From the IMG/VR virus record IMGVR_UViG_3300028394_000001, positions 64,001-128,000 of that record: DNA of 64,000 nucleotides. One strand, given 5' to 3'. This stretch comes from a virus. A program made the translations under genes and the position numbers. Of this stretch, positions 51,719 to 59,849 are shown one piece after another. The notes beneath the pieces are model-generated. The model made no database searches and had not been told where the DNA came from. It saw only the letters and a list, made by a program, of their open reading frames with translations. Each line of letters opens with the position of its first letter. Position 1 is the stretch's first letter.

Positions 51719-53235
51719 AATATACAATATTGGGTGGCGGAAGTGCTGGTTGGTTAACTGCATTGTTCATTAGAAAAATTTGTCCAGATGATGAGGTAAC
51801 TGTCATTGCTAGCTCCGAAATTGGAATTTTAGGTGCAGGTGAAGGCACTACACCTCAATTTCCTATGTTTCTTAAAAAGATTGATATATCGGTTCATGAT
51901 ATAATTAAAAACGCTAAAGGAACATTTAAGAATGGAATTAAATTTACTAATTGGAATGGAGATGGTGAACATTACTATCATAACTTTCAAGATTCATTAG
52001 TAAATTTCGAAGATTACAAACACATTGATGTTAATCCCTATGCTTTAAATAACATTTCAAACCATGAAAATTTAGATAGCTTGAATTTTACTCCACTCAT
52101 ATCTGAAAAAAATAAAGTAAAATATATAAAATCTAATGATAAAGAATGTGGATCGGATGCGTTACATTTTGATGCAAATTTATTAGCCAAATATTTTCAA
52201 ACTGTTGGTTTAGAAAGAAATATTAAACTTGTTGATGATGAAGTTATTTCTGTTGATTCAAAGGACAATAAGATTGTTGGATTTAATTTAAAATCAAATA
52301 ATAAGATAGATACGGATTTTGTTTTTGATTGTTCTGGTTTTAAAAGATTTCTAATTGGTGGCCACTACAAAGGTAAATGGAATTCTTATAATGACCATTT
52401 ACCAATGAAACGAGCGATGCCTTTCTTTGTTCAGAACGACACTAAAGAGATTCCACCATACACAGAAAGTATTGCTATGAAGTATGGTTGGGTTTGGAAG
52501 ATTCCGGTACAAGGTCGATTTGGTTGTGGTTATGTGTTTGATTCGGATTTGGTGTCTGATGAAGAAATCAAAAAAGAGTTGGAGGAATATTTTGGACATG
52601 AAATTATAAGTCCAAGAACATTCACTTTTAATCCAGGTTGTTTTGAAGAGGTGTGTATAGGTAACTGTATTGCTATTGGTTTATCAGCCGCTTTTATTGA
52701 ACCACTTGAAGCGACAAGCATATGGGTTACCATTATGCAATTGACTGAATTTGAAGCGAATAAAAACAAAATCTTAAACGACTCTGGTGATTCTATTGAA
52801 TCATATAATCAAACTATTAAGGCAATAAACAGAGACATTTTAAACTTTATACAATTACACTATTTAACTAATCGTAATGATAGTGTTTTTTGGAATACTT
52901 TTAAAGTAAAAAACAAGGTATTACCGCAAATAGAAGGTCTTAAAGAATTGTGTCAAGATAAAATTCCAGAATCTCACAATTTAAAATACCTTACATTAAC
53001 AGAAAATATTAACATAGGTTGTTCGCGTAGTAACCATCGGGGTATTTTTTCCGAAACAAGTTGGCATCAAGTTGGTGCCGGCATAAAATTCTTTAAAGAA
53101 GATATTGCAAGAAAAGTTTTGGATACTGAATATCCAAATTTTAAAAATGAGGTTATATTTCAGGACTTTTTTGAAAAAAATAGTGAACTGTTATATGACC
53201 ATTACGATTACATAGAGAAATTAAAAAATGTTTAA
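51715..53235 (+). CDS. Flavin-dependent tryptophan halogenase family protein (PrnA-like)
   Basis: GGGSAGW, GAGEGT, FK.GIKF.NW, WVWKIP (WxWxIP) and FIEPLEATSI motifs. Confidence 0.92.
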   Translation: MKYTILGGGSAGWLTALFIRKICPDDEVTVIASSEIGILGAGEGTTPQFPMFLKKIDISVHDIIKNAKGTFKNGIKFTNWNGDGEHYYHNFQDSLVNFEDYKHIDVNPYALNNISNHENLDSLNFTPLISEKNKVKYIKSNDKECGSDALHFDANLLAKYFQTVGLERNIKLVDDEVISVDSKDNKIVGFNLKSNNKIDTDFVFDCSGFKRFLIGGHYKGKWNSYNDHLPMKRAMPFFVQNDTKEIPPYTESIAMKYGWVWKIPVQGRFGCGYVFDSDLVSDEEIKKELEEYFGHEIISPRTFTFNPGCFEEVCIGNCIAIGLSAAFIEPLEATSIWVTIMQLTEFEANKNKILNDSGDSIESYNQTIKAINRDILNFIQLHYLTNRNDSVFWNTFKVKNKVLPQIEGLKELCQDKIPESHNLKYLTLTENINIGCSRSNHRGIFSETSWHQVGAGIKFFKEDIARKVLDTEYPNFKNEVIFQDFFEKNSELLYDHYDYIEKLKNV

Positions 53236-53893
53236 CTATTGCGCTGTACCTACACTAAAAGATATTAAGGCTGAGACTTTCCCAGATGGCCGATACTATG
53301 TAATGGAAGACGGTGCAAGATTGCCGTCAATTACGACTGTACTGGGTGCTTTAAGTAAGGCTGACATACTTGCATGGCGTAAGCGTGTTGGTTATGAAGA
53401 AGCCAATAAAATCTCACGCAAAGCATCTGGTCGTGGTACCAATATGCATAGCATCTGTGAAGCATATCTAAACAACAATATAGAGTATTCAAAGAAGGCT
53501 ATGCCTGATGCATTGGAAATGTTCAAGAGCCTCAAACCAATTATAGATGCAAATGTGTCTGATATTTGGTACCAAGAATGTGCATTGTTTTCCAAAAAAC
53601 TTGGTGTTGCAGGTCGTGTTGACTTGATTGCACATTGGGACGGAAAACTATCTATCATTGATTTCAAGACCAGTAGCAGGATTAAAACCAGAGATAAGGT
53701 TATGTCCTATTTTTGGCAAGAAACTGCATATGCATTGATGTTAGAAGAAATGATTGATATACCTGTTGACCAGATTGTTACCGTTATGGCAGTAGATGGT
53801 TCTGAACCATTGGTGTTCATTGAAAAGACTCAAGACCATATCGATGGACTAGTAAAAGCCATACAATTCTATAAAGATTCTTTGGTGGCTTGA
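53228..53893 (+). CDS. PD-(D/E)XK exonuclease
   Basis: PSITTVL, RGT.MH, AGRVD, IIDFKTS and Q..AY motifs. Confidence 0.9.
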   Translation: MFNYCAVPTLKDIKAETFPDGRYYVMEDGARLPSITTVLGALSKADILAWRKRVGYEEANKISRKASGRGTNMHSICEAYLNNNIEYSKKAMPDALEMFKSLKPIIDANVSDIWYQECALFSKKLGVAGRVDLIAHWDGKLSIIDFKTSSRIKTRDKVMSYFWQETAYALMLEEMIDIPVDQIVTVMAVDGSEPLVFIEKTQDHIDGLVKAIQFYKDSLVA

Positions 53894-53918
53894 CAAGTCT
53901 CTAATCCTGTGATACAAT
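53890..53918 (+). promoter_or_regulatory. sigma70 promoter for the RNA region
   Basis: TTGACA-17 nt-TACAAT with an extended TG. Confidence 0.75.
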
Positions 53919-53926
53919 ATATAATT

Positions 53927-54019
53927 AACACACTTATGAACTGGGACATGGCTCGGCTGTGCAATTAGACTAAGTTCCCACTTTGTGGGTACGGGAGGGT
54001 GGATCTCCCTGAGTGTGTT
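53927..54019 (+). ncRNA. Putative structured, tRNA-like RNA
   Basis: Closing stem AACACACTTA/TGAGTGTGTT; hairpins CCCAC-ttt-GTGGG and GGGAG-7 nt-CTCCC; no canonical anticodon arm. Confidence 0.4.
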
Positions 54020-54124
54020 TTTTAACACTATAGAAGATTAGATAATATCAAATCTCAGGGCTGGTACACCAGATTACTCTAGGGAAACCTAAAAGTGCAG
54101 ATAGACCGTATAGTGTTTTTTATT

Positions 54125-54436
54125 GCTGTATGAAGCAAAGAGAAAAGTGTTCTGGACGGGGGTGCGAATCCCCCCAGGTCCACCATAAGGATTGTAATGA
54201 AAGAAAAAATATTAACTGCTATTGAAATGATTGCAGAGTTCCTAAAAGGAATAGCACAATCTTTATGATGGGCCTGCATAGTTTCGACAGGGCAAAGAGT
54301 AACAGAGTGGACAGCACGGTAGGCGATGACCGTTAATCAAGCAAAAAACGTAAATGCAAACGACTCCGCATATCGCCTAGCTGCTTAAGCTAAGCTGAGG
54401 TTTCGCCGACTGTCCTTATTATCCAATCAGTCGGCA
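54125..54436 (+). ncRNA. ssrA: Circularly permuted (two-piece) tmRNA; outer boundaries approximate
   Basis: Acceptor piece ends GGGGGTGCGAATCCCCCCAGGTCCACCA (54185). Coding piece starts GGGCCTG (54270) and pairs 7/7 with CAGGTCC, including the G3-U70 Ala determinant. Tag ORF ANDSAYRLAA* at 54356-54388. Confidence 0.93.
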
Positions 54437-54461
54437 ATTTGTTCAACAAAAGGAGAAAATT

Positions 54462-54905
54462 TTGATTAAAAAACTCGTACTTATCGCATCCCTTATGGGT
54501 GTATTTGCAAGCGCACAGGCTTTAGAAGTTGGTATCAATGATGGTACTAATCTTAGCTCAACGCAAAATGTTTGGGGTGTTACAGTAGGTGAAACTGTGA
54601 AAGGTTATAACTTAACCGCAGGCTTCAATCGTTCTACAACTGCCGACTCTTATAGTTTGGTAAATGCTGTAGAGGTAGCAAAATTTGGACCTGTATCACT
54701 TGATGCTAAATTTGGTGCTGTCTTTGTTGACAGTCAATCAGGTTCAGCTTATGATGGTTATGCCGCTACGGTTGGTGTCGGTGCTCGTATGCCTATCACT
54801 AAATCAGTTTCAGCAGGCCTTGATTACAGTTACCAAGCTGGTCAAGACCGTGTTGTTGCAGAAAACGGTAGCCGTATCACTGCTGGCGTTAAATTTAGTT
54901 TCTAA
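54462..54905 (+). CDS. Outer-membrane beta-barrel protein (OmpA-TM/Ail/Lom-like)
   Basis: Signal peptide ending AQA; alternating beta strands; C-terminal beta-signal GVKFSF. Confidence 0.8.
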   Translation: MIKKLVLIASLMGVFASAQALEVGINDGTNLSSTQNVWGVTVGETVKGYNLTAGFNRSTTADSYSLVNAVEVAKFGPVSLDAKFGAVFVDSQSGSAYDGYAATVGVGARMPITKSVSAGLDYSYQAGQDRVVAENGSRITAGVKFSF

Positions 54906-54981
54906 ACTAAAAAGGGTTTAATAGGTTTTCCCTGGCGGCCGACCCGTCCAAATAACCTATCAATTTTTCGAAAGGAAACCC

Positions 54982-55533
54982 ATGCGAAGTAAAGCAATAC
55001 TTTTCAGCATAGTAGTTTCCGCAATAGTTCTTTGCCTCTCCATGGTAAACATTAATTTTAGGATGCCCCTAAAAGCTGATTACCAAAATCTTACTGAGGC
55101 AACAAAAAGGCAGGTTACATGCCTTGCAGAGAACATTTACTTTGAGGCTGGACATGAACCATTGAGTGGTAAACAAGCTGTTGCTTTTGTTACCATGAAT
55201 CGTGTACAAGCCGGTTACAGTAAAGATATTTGCGGAGTTGTTCATCAGAAGACGGGGGATACCTGTCAGTTTTCCTGGTTGTGTGACAAAAACATTACCA
55301 GTAAACGCTTGACAATTAGAGATAGTTCATTGTATAATGAAGTTCGTGAGTTGGCTGTGGACATGATTCTAAATCGTGACCTCAAGGAAGATGTTACACA
55401 AGGTGCAACATACTACCATGCCGACTATGTAAATCCACAGTGGAAATTAGAAAAAGTGAAGAAAATAGGTCATCACATTTTCTATAGAAGCCGTGTGGAT
55501 AATATTGACAGAAATAGGAATTTTTATGAATAA
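54982..55533 (+). CDS. Cell wall hydrolase, SleB/Hydrolase_2 family
   Basis: CLAENIYFEA, CQFSW, GATYYHADYV.P.W and IGHHIFY motifs. Confidence 0.92.
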   Translation: MRSKAILFSIVVSAIVLCLSMVNINFRMPLKADYQNLTEATKRQVTCLAENIYFEAGHEPLSGKQAVAFVTMNRVQAGYSKDICGVVHQKTGDTCQFSWLCDKNITSKRLTIRDSSLYNEVRELAVDMILNRDLKEDVTQGATYYHADYVNPQWKLEKVKKIGHHIFYRSRVDNIDRNRNFYE

Positions 55534-55741
55534 AGAATTAGTGACATATATTGTTTGTGTGAGCATTTTAATTGGTTCTGCTATTGCAGGTTTCACCGTT
55601 TACAACCTAAATGAACGCAACAACTTTGCAAAGAACATGGAATCAGCAATCGCCAAAGGTGTTGATCCATTGTCGGTGAAGTGTGCTTATGAACAATTAC
55701 CCACTGCAACCTGCATCACATTTGCACTAGGTAAACGATAA
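55526..55741 (+). CDS. Small membrane protein
   Basis: One TM helix; GVDPLSVKCAY. Confidence 0.6.
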   Translation: MNKELVTYIVCVSILIGSAIAGFTVYNLNERNNFAKNMESAIAKGVDPLSVKCAYEQLPTATCITFALGKR

Positions 55742-55962
55742 TGGCAACTAGAGAAGAAATATCTGATTTCTCCACTAGAATATTGGAGATGGCTGATGAA
55801 CAAGGTCAACCTTGTATGGATGTCATTATCCAATATTGTGATGAAACAGGTATCGAGGTAGAAATTGCAGCAACAATGATTTCTTCATTTCTAAAAGCTC
55901 GTATCCGTGAAGAAGCACAGTCGGTTAATCTAATCAAGAAGGCCGCAAAGCTACCGTTATGA
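55741..55962 (+). CDS. gp33: Late transcription coactivator (T4 gp33)
   Basis: MDVII.YC...GIEVE..A..IS..LK.RI..EA...NL; position before gp59. Confidence 0.85.
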   Translation: MATREEISDFSTRILEMADEQGQPCMDVIIQYCDETGIEVEIAATMISSFLKARIREEAQSVNLIKKAAKLPL

Positions 55963-56561
55963 ATGAAGGTACAGGCTTTGCGGCCTTTGCGTTATATAAT
56001 GCATTGAAGTTACATTTCACATCTTCCTATGATTACTTTAAGTATCATGGGAAGACTAATGTGAGTAAAGATACCTTTTTGAGGCGTAAAGATAAATATA
56101 GCTTCTACAAGTTATCACGCAAATACTCGTTGGATGAACTCAGGAACTTCTTTGTGGCTAATTTTGTATACGGTGACTCAACTTGGGTTGGTGAAATGAC
56201 TGGACCGAATGGTGAAGATGTATATAAAAAGTGGCAAAAGATTTCTCAGAGCTTGACATATAATTTTGAATCTGATATAGTACGCATCTTAGAACAGGTA
56301 AATAGTCCTGATGAATTGATGAAGGTAAGGTCTGGTGAGTATCCTGACCTACTAGTTGGTGCGATGCAGAATTCAATTTCGATTGAAACACTGGTGATAC
56401 TGAATGATATGATGAACTTCTTTTCCATGTGGGACAAAAAGATAAGTGATGACATTATTTGGCCGTCCTGGAAATTGAAGTGTGAAAAGTATGCACCATT
56501 TATTACATACGATAAAGTTAAGTTTAAGAATATTTTAAAAGAGGCAATTACAAATGAGTAA
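55959..56561 (+). CDS. gp59: Helicase loader (T4 gp59)
   Basis: ALKLHFT..YDYFKYHGK, RKDKY.F.KL and ISIETLVIL motifs. Confidence 0.9.
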   Translation: MNEGTGFAAFALYNALKLHFTSSYDYFKYHGKTNVSKDTFLRRKDKYSFYKLSRKYSLDELRNFFVANFVYGDSTWVGEMTGPNGEDVYKKWQKISQSLTYNFESDIVRILEQVNSPDELMKVRSGEYPDLLVGAMQNSISIETLVILNDMMNFFSMWDKKISDDIIWPSWKLKCEKYAPFITYDKVKFKNILKEAITNE

Positions 56562-57045
56562 ATATACAAAAATCTATTTGGACATGGACGGCGTAATTGC
56601 TGACTTTGCCAAGAGATATAAGGAATTGTTCCTTATTACACCTGAACAAGCAGATAGGAGCCGCAATTTTGCTGGTTACTTTAAGTCTTTTATTGATACT
56701 AAACAATTCGCAAACCTTGATATGATGCCAGATGCAAGGATGCTATTGGATCATTTGAACACATTAGATATTCCTGTAGAGATTCTTTCTTCTACAGCAA
56801 AACAAGATTCACATGTGGACATTTCAGACCAAAAAAGAGTATGGTTGATTTCACAAGGTATCAATTATCCACGCAATTTTGTACCAGGTAAAAGCCTGAA
56901 GTACACCTTTGCGGCACCAGAATCCATTATCATTGATGACACACTTTCTGTTATTAGTGACTGGGTTGAGGCAGGTGGTACAGCAATCCATCACACGGAT
57001 GCTGCATCTACTATTGCTTCATTAGACGCTTTATTGAGCGCCTAA
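56554..57045 (+). CDS. HAD-family 5'(3')-deoxyribonucleotidase
   Basis: LDMDGVIADF and IIDD...W..AGG motifs. Confidence 0.85.
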   Translation: MSKYTKIYLDMDGVIADFAKRYKELFLITPEQADRSRNFAGYFKSFIDTKQFANLDMMPDARMLLDHLNTLDIPVEILSSTAKQDSHVDISDQKRVWLISQGINYPRNFVPGKSLKYTFAAPESIIIDDTLSVISDWVEAGGTAIHHTDAASTIASLDALLSA

Positions 57046-57117
57046 ATACACTTATATTATGTATAAAGTGGATAATCCGTTTTAATTTTTTACACTCCGT
57101 TATATAAAGGAAAAATC

Positions 57118-58008
57118 ATGGTAGATTTCGCAAATCTTAAACGCTCTTCGGGCAATCTTGACAAACTCTCTAAAGCTATTGAAGCTTTAAACACTACAGA
57201 GGGTTCTGACAACAAAGACAATTATTGGAAACCTGAAGTAGACAAAGCTGGTAACGGCATGGCTGTTATTCGTTTTCTTCCAGCTCCGGCTGTAGATGGT
57301 GATGACGCACTTCCGTGGGTCAAACTATTCTCACACGGCTTTCAAGGTCCTGGTGGTTGGCTTATTGACAACTGCTTGACAACCAAGAACCAACAATGTC
57401 CTGTGTGTGAACACAATTCTTCATTGTGGAATACTGGTATCGAAGCCAACAAAGACATTGTACGCAAACAAAAGCGTAAACTGAACTACATTGCAAATGT
57501 CTATATCGTTTCGGATCCAAAACATCCTGAGAACGAAGGACAAATCAAGTTGTTCCGTTTCGGTAAGAAAATCTTTGACAAAATCTCAGAAGCAATGAAC
57601 CCACAGTTTGCTGATGAACAGGCAATCAACCCATTCGACCTGTGGGCTGGCGCTAACTTCAAGTTGAAGATTCGTAAAGTTGAGGGTTACCAAAACTATG
57701 ACAAGTCTGAATTTGAATCTCCTGCACCATTGTCTACAGATGATGCAAAGCTTGAGAAAATCTGGAAATCAGAACACTCTTTGAAAGAGATGACTGCTGA
57801 TAAGGAATTCAAGACATATGATGAACTATCGACTCGCTTGAATCGTGTTCTTGGTTTGAATGGTGAGACTATTAAACCTAAGACTACTGTTGAACAAATG
57901 AAGGCAACACCTGAGGCATTTAGACCTAAGGCTGTTGAACCTGAATTGTCACTGTCTGGTGATGATGACGATATGGCCTACTTCTCAAAGTTGGCTGAAG
58001 AAGACTAA
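57118..58008 (+). CDS. gp32: Single-stranded DNA-binding protein (T4 gp32)
   Basis: GNG.AVIRFLP, Zn ligands H..C..CPVC, GANFKLK, NYDKSEF and an acidic tail. Confidence 0.96.
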   Translation: MVDFANLKRSSGNLDKLSKAIEALNTTEGSDNKDNYWKPEVDKAGNGMAVIRFLPAPAVDGDDALPWVKLFSHGFQGPGGWLIDNCLTTKNQQCPVCEHNSSLWNTGIEANKDIVRKQKRKLNYIANVYIVSDPKHPENEGQIKLFRFGKKIFDKISEAMNPQFADEQAINPFDLWAGANFKLKIRKVEGYQNYDKSEFESPAPLSTDDAKLEKIWKSEHSLKEMTADKEFKTYDELSTRLNRVLGLNGETIKPKTTVEQMKATPEAFRPKAVEPELSLSGDDDDMAYFSKLAEED

Positions 58009-58033
58009 AATTCTTTCTTTCATGGAACTTGAT

Positions 58034-58057
58034 ACCCCGCCTAGTGCGGGGTTTTTT
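58034..58057 (+). terminator. Rho-independent terminator between convergent genes
   Basis: CCCCGC-ctagt-GCGGGG followed by T6. Confidence 0.85.
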
Positions 58058-59834
58058 ATGCCATCGCAATAGGTGGTCCACTAAATCTACGATTAGCTTT
58101 AAGTATTGCTACTAGAGTTTCATTTGTTGTTCGGACAGGAGTTGACACAGCAAAATCAATGCCGCCGGTGCCAGTTTTTACAACATTCTTACTTGCATCA
58201 ATTATAGTAGGCTTTGTACTTCCACCACTATCATTTAAATTTAAACTAGCATAAAGATTTTGATTTTGTAAAAAACTTTGAGCCGCTCTACTGGCTGCCG
58301 GCATTGTTGGAGAAAAACTACTTTTACCACTTTGATTTGGTACTAAGTTTAAGTCTGTTCCAGCAGGTTTATCTACACTTCTTAGAGGCATACTTTCACC
58401 AATAGGAGGTGGAAGACCTACTGTACCACTGGCCGACCCAAACTCGCGGGTTGCTGTTGTCGCACCACCACTAGAATTAGATGTACCTATTGTTGATGTA
58501 CGAGAACCACTCCTATCAACTGCGACAGCTGTAGAACCTGGTGATTGTGCAGTTACTGGTCTCACAGAAACTGATGATGTATCTGGTTGGCTTGACATTT
58601 GATTTGCCTCTGCGCCGCCCGGAGCAATCTGAACCTGTGTCGGATCAGGTGGTCCTGCATTAGTAATGACCGGTACAGGCGCCGGTGGTGCAACATATTT
58701 TGGACTTCTTGGATTTGTGTTAGGAACAACTAAATTTTCACCTACACCACCAGAAAGAATAACCAATTTTCCAGCTCTATTTGTAACTTCACCTTGAAAT
58801 TGAGCCCTTTGATTACCCTGCGTTCTCGCTAACCAATCTGTCACTTGTTGTAAATTTTGAACAGATAACTCTTGCTTTTTTTCTGCTTCAGTAAAAAGAG
58901 GATTAGTCATTATTGATTCGACTAAATCTCTAGGTTTTTGTTTTCCTATTTTTTGAGCGTTTAATGCTCCAGCTTCAGTATTATTGGAAGCTTCACCCCT
59001 CTGAATCATTGCGTATGGATCACTTAAATACTCCGCTTTGTAAGGATTAATCCTTACAGCGGCTTGACGTTCTTCAACTTCTCTTGTTGTTACCACTACT
59101 GCGCCAATGGCTGCTGCACCTAAAAAAGTTAAAGGATTTGCTAAAGCTAATGATGCAATACTTCGCAAGGTGCTCAAGTCTTTACCCATGGCAATCGATT
59201 TTATCATCGTTTTCAAAAATTTTAATAAAGGTTTTAGTTTTAGAAATACCGCGGCCAACATTTTTTTGACTATTTCAATTATTCTTTCCAGGAATCCTTT
59301 ACCTTTATCTTGTTTAGTTGCAGTACCTCCACCTAAATGACCAAGTGCATCAATCAATTCTTTATGTCTTAATTCTCTTTCAAATTCTCGTTCTTCTTCA
59401 AAATTTGCAGTAATTTCATTCTGCTTCTTTTCATCCAATATTTGTTTTTTTAACAAATTGAAAATACGAGCCATAATGGTAGAAAGACCTTCACCTCTCC
59501 TTACTGGCCTGTTTTCGCCGTCAGATACTTTTGAAATTAATGGATTGTTTTTAATTGCTGTTATAGCCGAATTTCTTTTGCCGGTAAAGTAATCAATGTC
59601 TTCCTGACTTCTGCCTGCAATTTTACCATAAGCATATGCACCTAATCTTCCTCCAATTGCTCTAGAGATATTCATTGGATCAAATTTCTCTTTGAGGCCT
59701 GTTAGTTTGGCTTTAGTCTTATCTTTTATTGAACTGGAAATAGATTTACCAAAACCTTGGCCATCTAAAGTTCTATCGATAATTAGAGTTTTGAGGCTTT
59801 GATTTCTTATTCCTCTTGCTGATCTGTAGTCCAT
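58056..59834 (-). CDS. Putative baseplate hub / tail-associated protein
   Basis: Position after gp26/gp51; shares the RHKEL..AL.H.GG module with its neighbour. Confidence 0.55.
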   Translation of the reverse strand: MDYRSARGIRNQSLKTLIIDRTLDGQGFGKSISSSIKDKTKAKLTGLKEKFDPMNISRAIGGRLGAYAYGKIAGRSQEDIDYFTGKRNSAITAIKNNPLISKVSDGENRPVRRGEGLSTIMARIFNLLKKQILDEKKQNEITANFEEEREFERELRHKELIDALGHLGGGTATKQDKGKGFLERIIEIVKKMLAAVFLKLKPLLKFLKTMIKSIAMGKDLSTLRSIASLALANPLTFLGAAAIGAVVVTTREVEERQAAVRINPYKAEYLSDPYAMIQRGEASNNTEAGALNAQKIGKQKPRDLVESIMTNPLFTEAEKKQELSVQNLQQVTDWLARTQGNQRAQFQGEVTNRAGKLVILSGGVGENLVVPNTNPRSPKYVAPPAPVPVITNAGPPDPTQVQIAPGGAEANQMSSQPDTSSVSVRPVTAQSPGSTAVAVDRSGSRTSTIGTSNSSGGATTATREFGSASGTVGLPPPIGESMPLRSVDKPAGTDLNLVPNQSGKSSFSPTMPAASRAAQSFLQNQNLYASLNLNDSGGSTKPTIIDASKNVVKTGTGGIDFAVSTPVRTTNETLVAILKANRRFSGPPIAMA

Positions 59835-59849
59835 TTTTATTCTCTTTGG

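Noticed and set aside
53228-53893. Exonuclease as Cas4 / CRISPR evidence
   Set aside because: It lacks the four-Cys Fe-S set and is the usual T4-like exonuclease near phoH and gp33.
54079-54279. 66-aa minus-strand ORF
   Set aside because: Antisense to the tmRNA.
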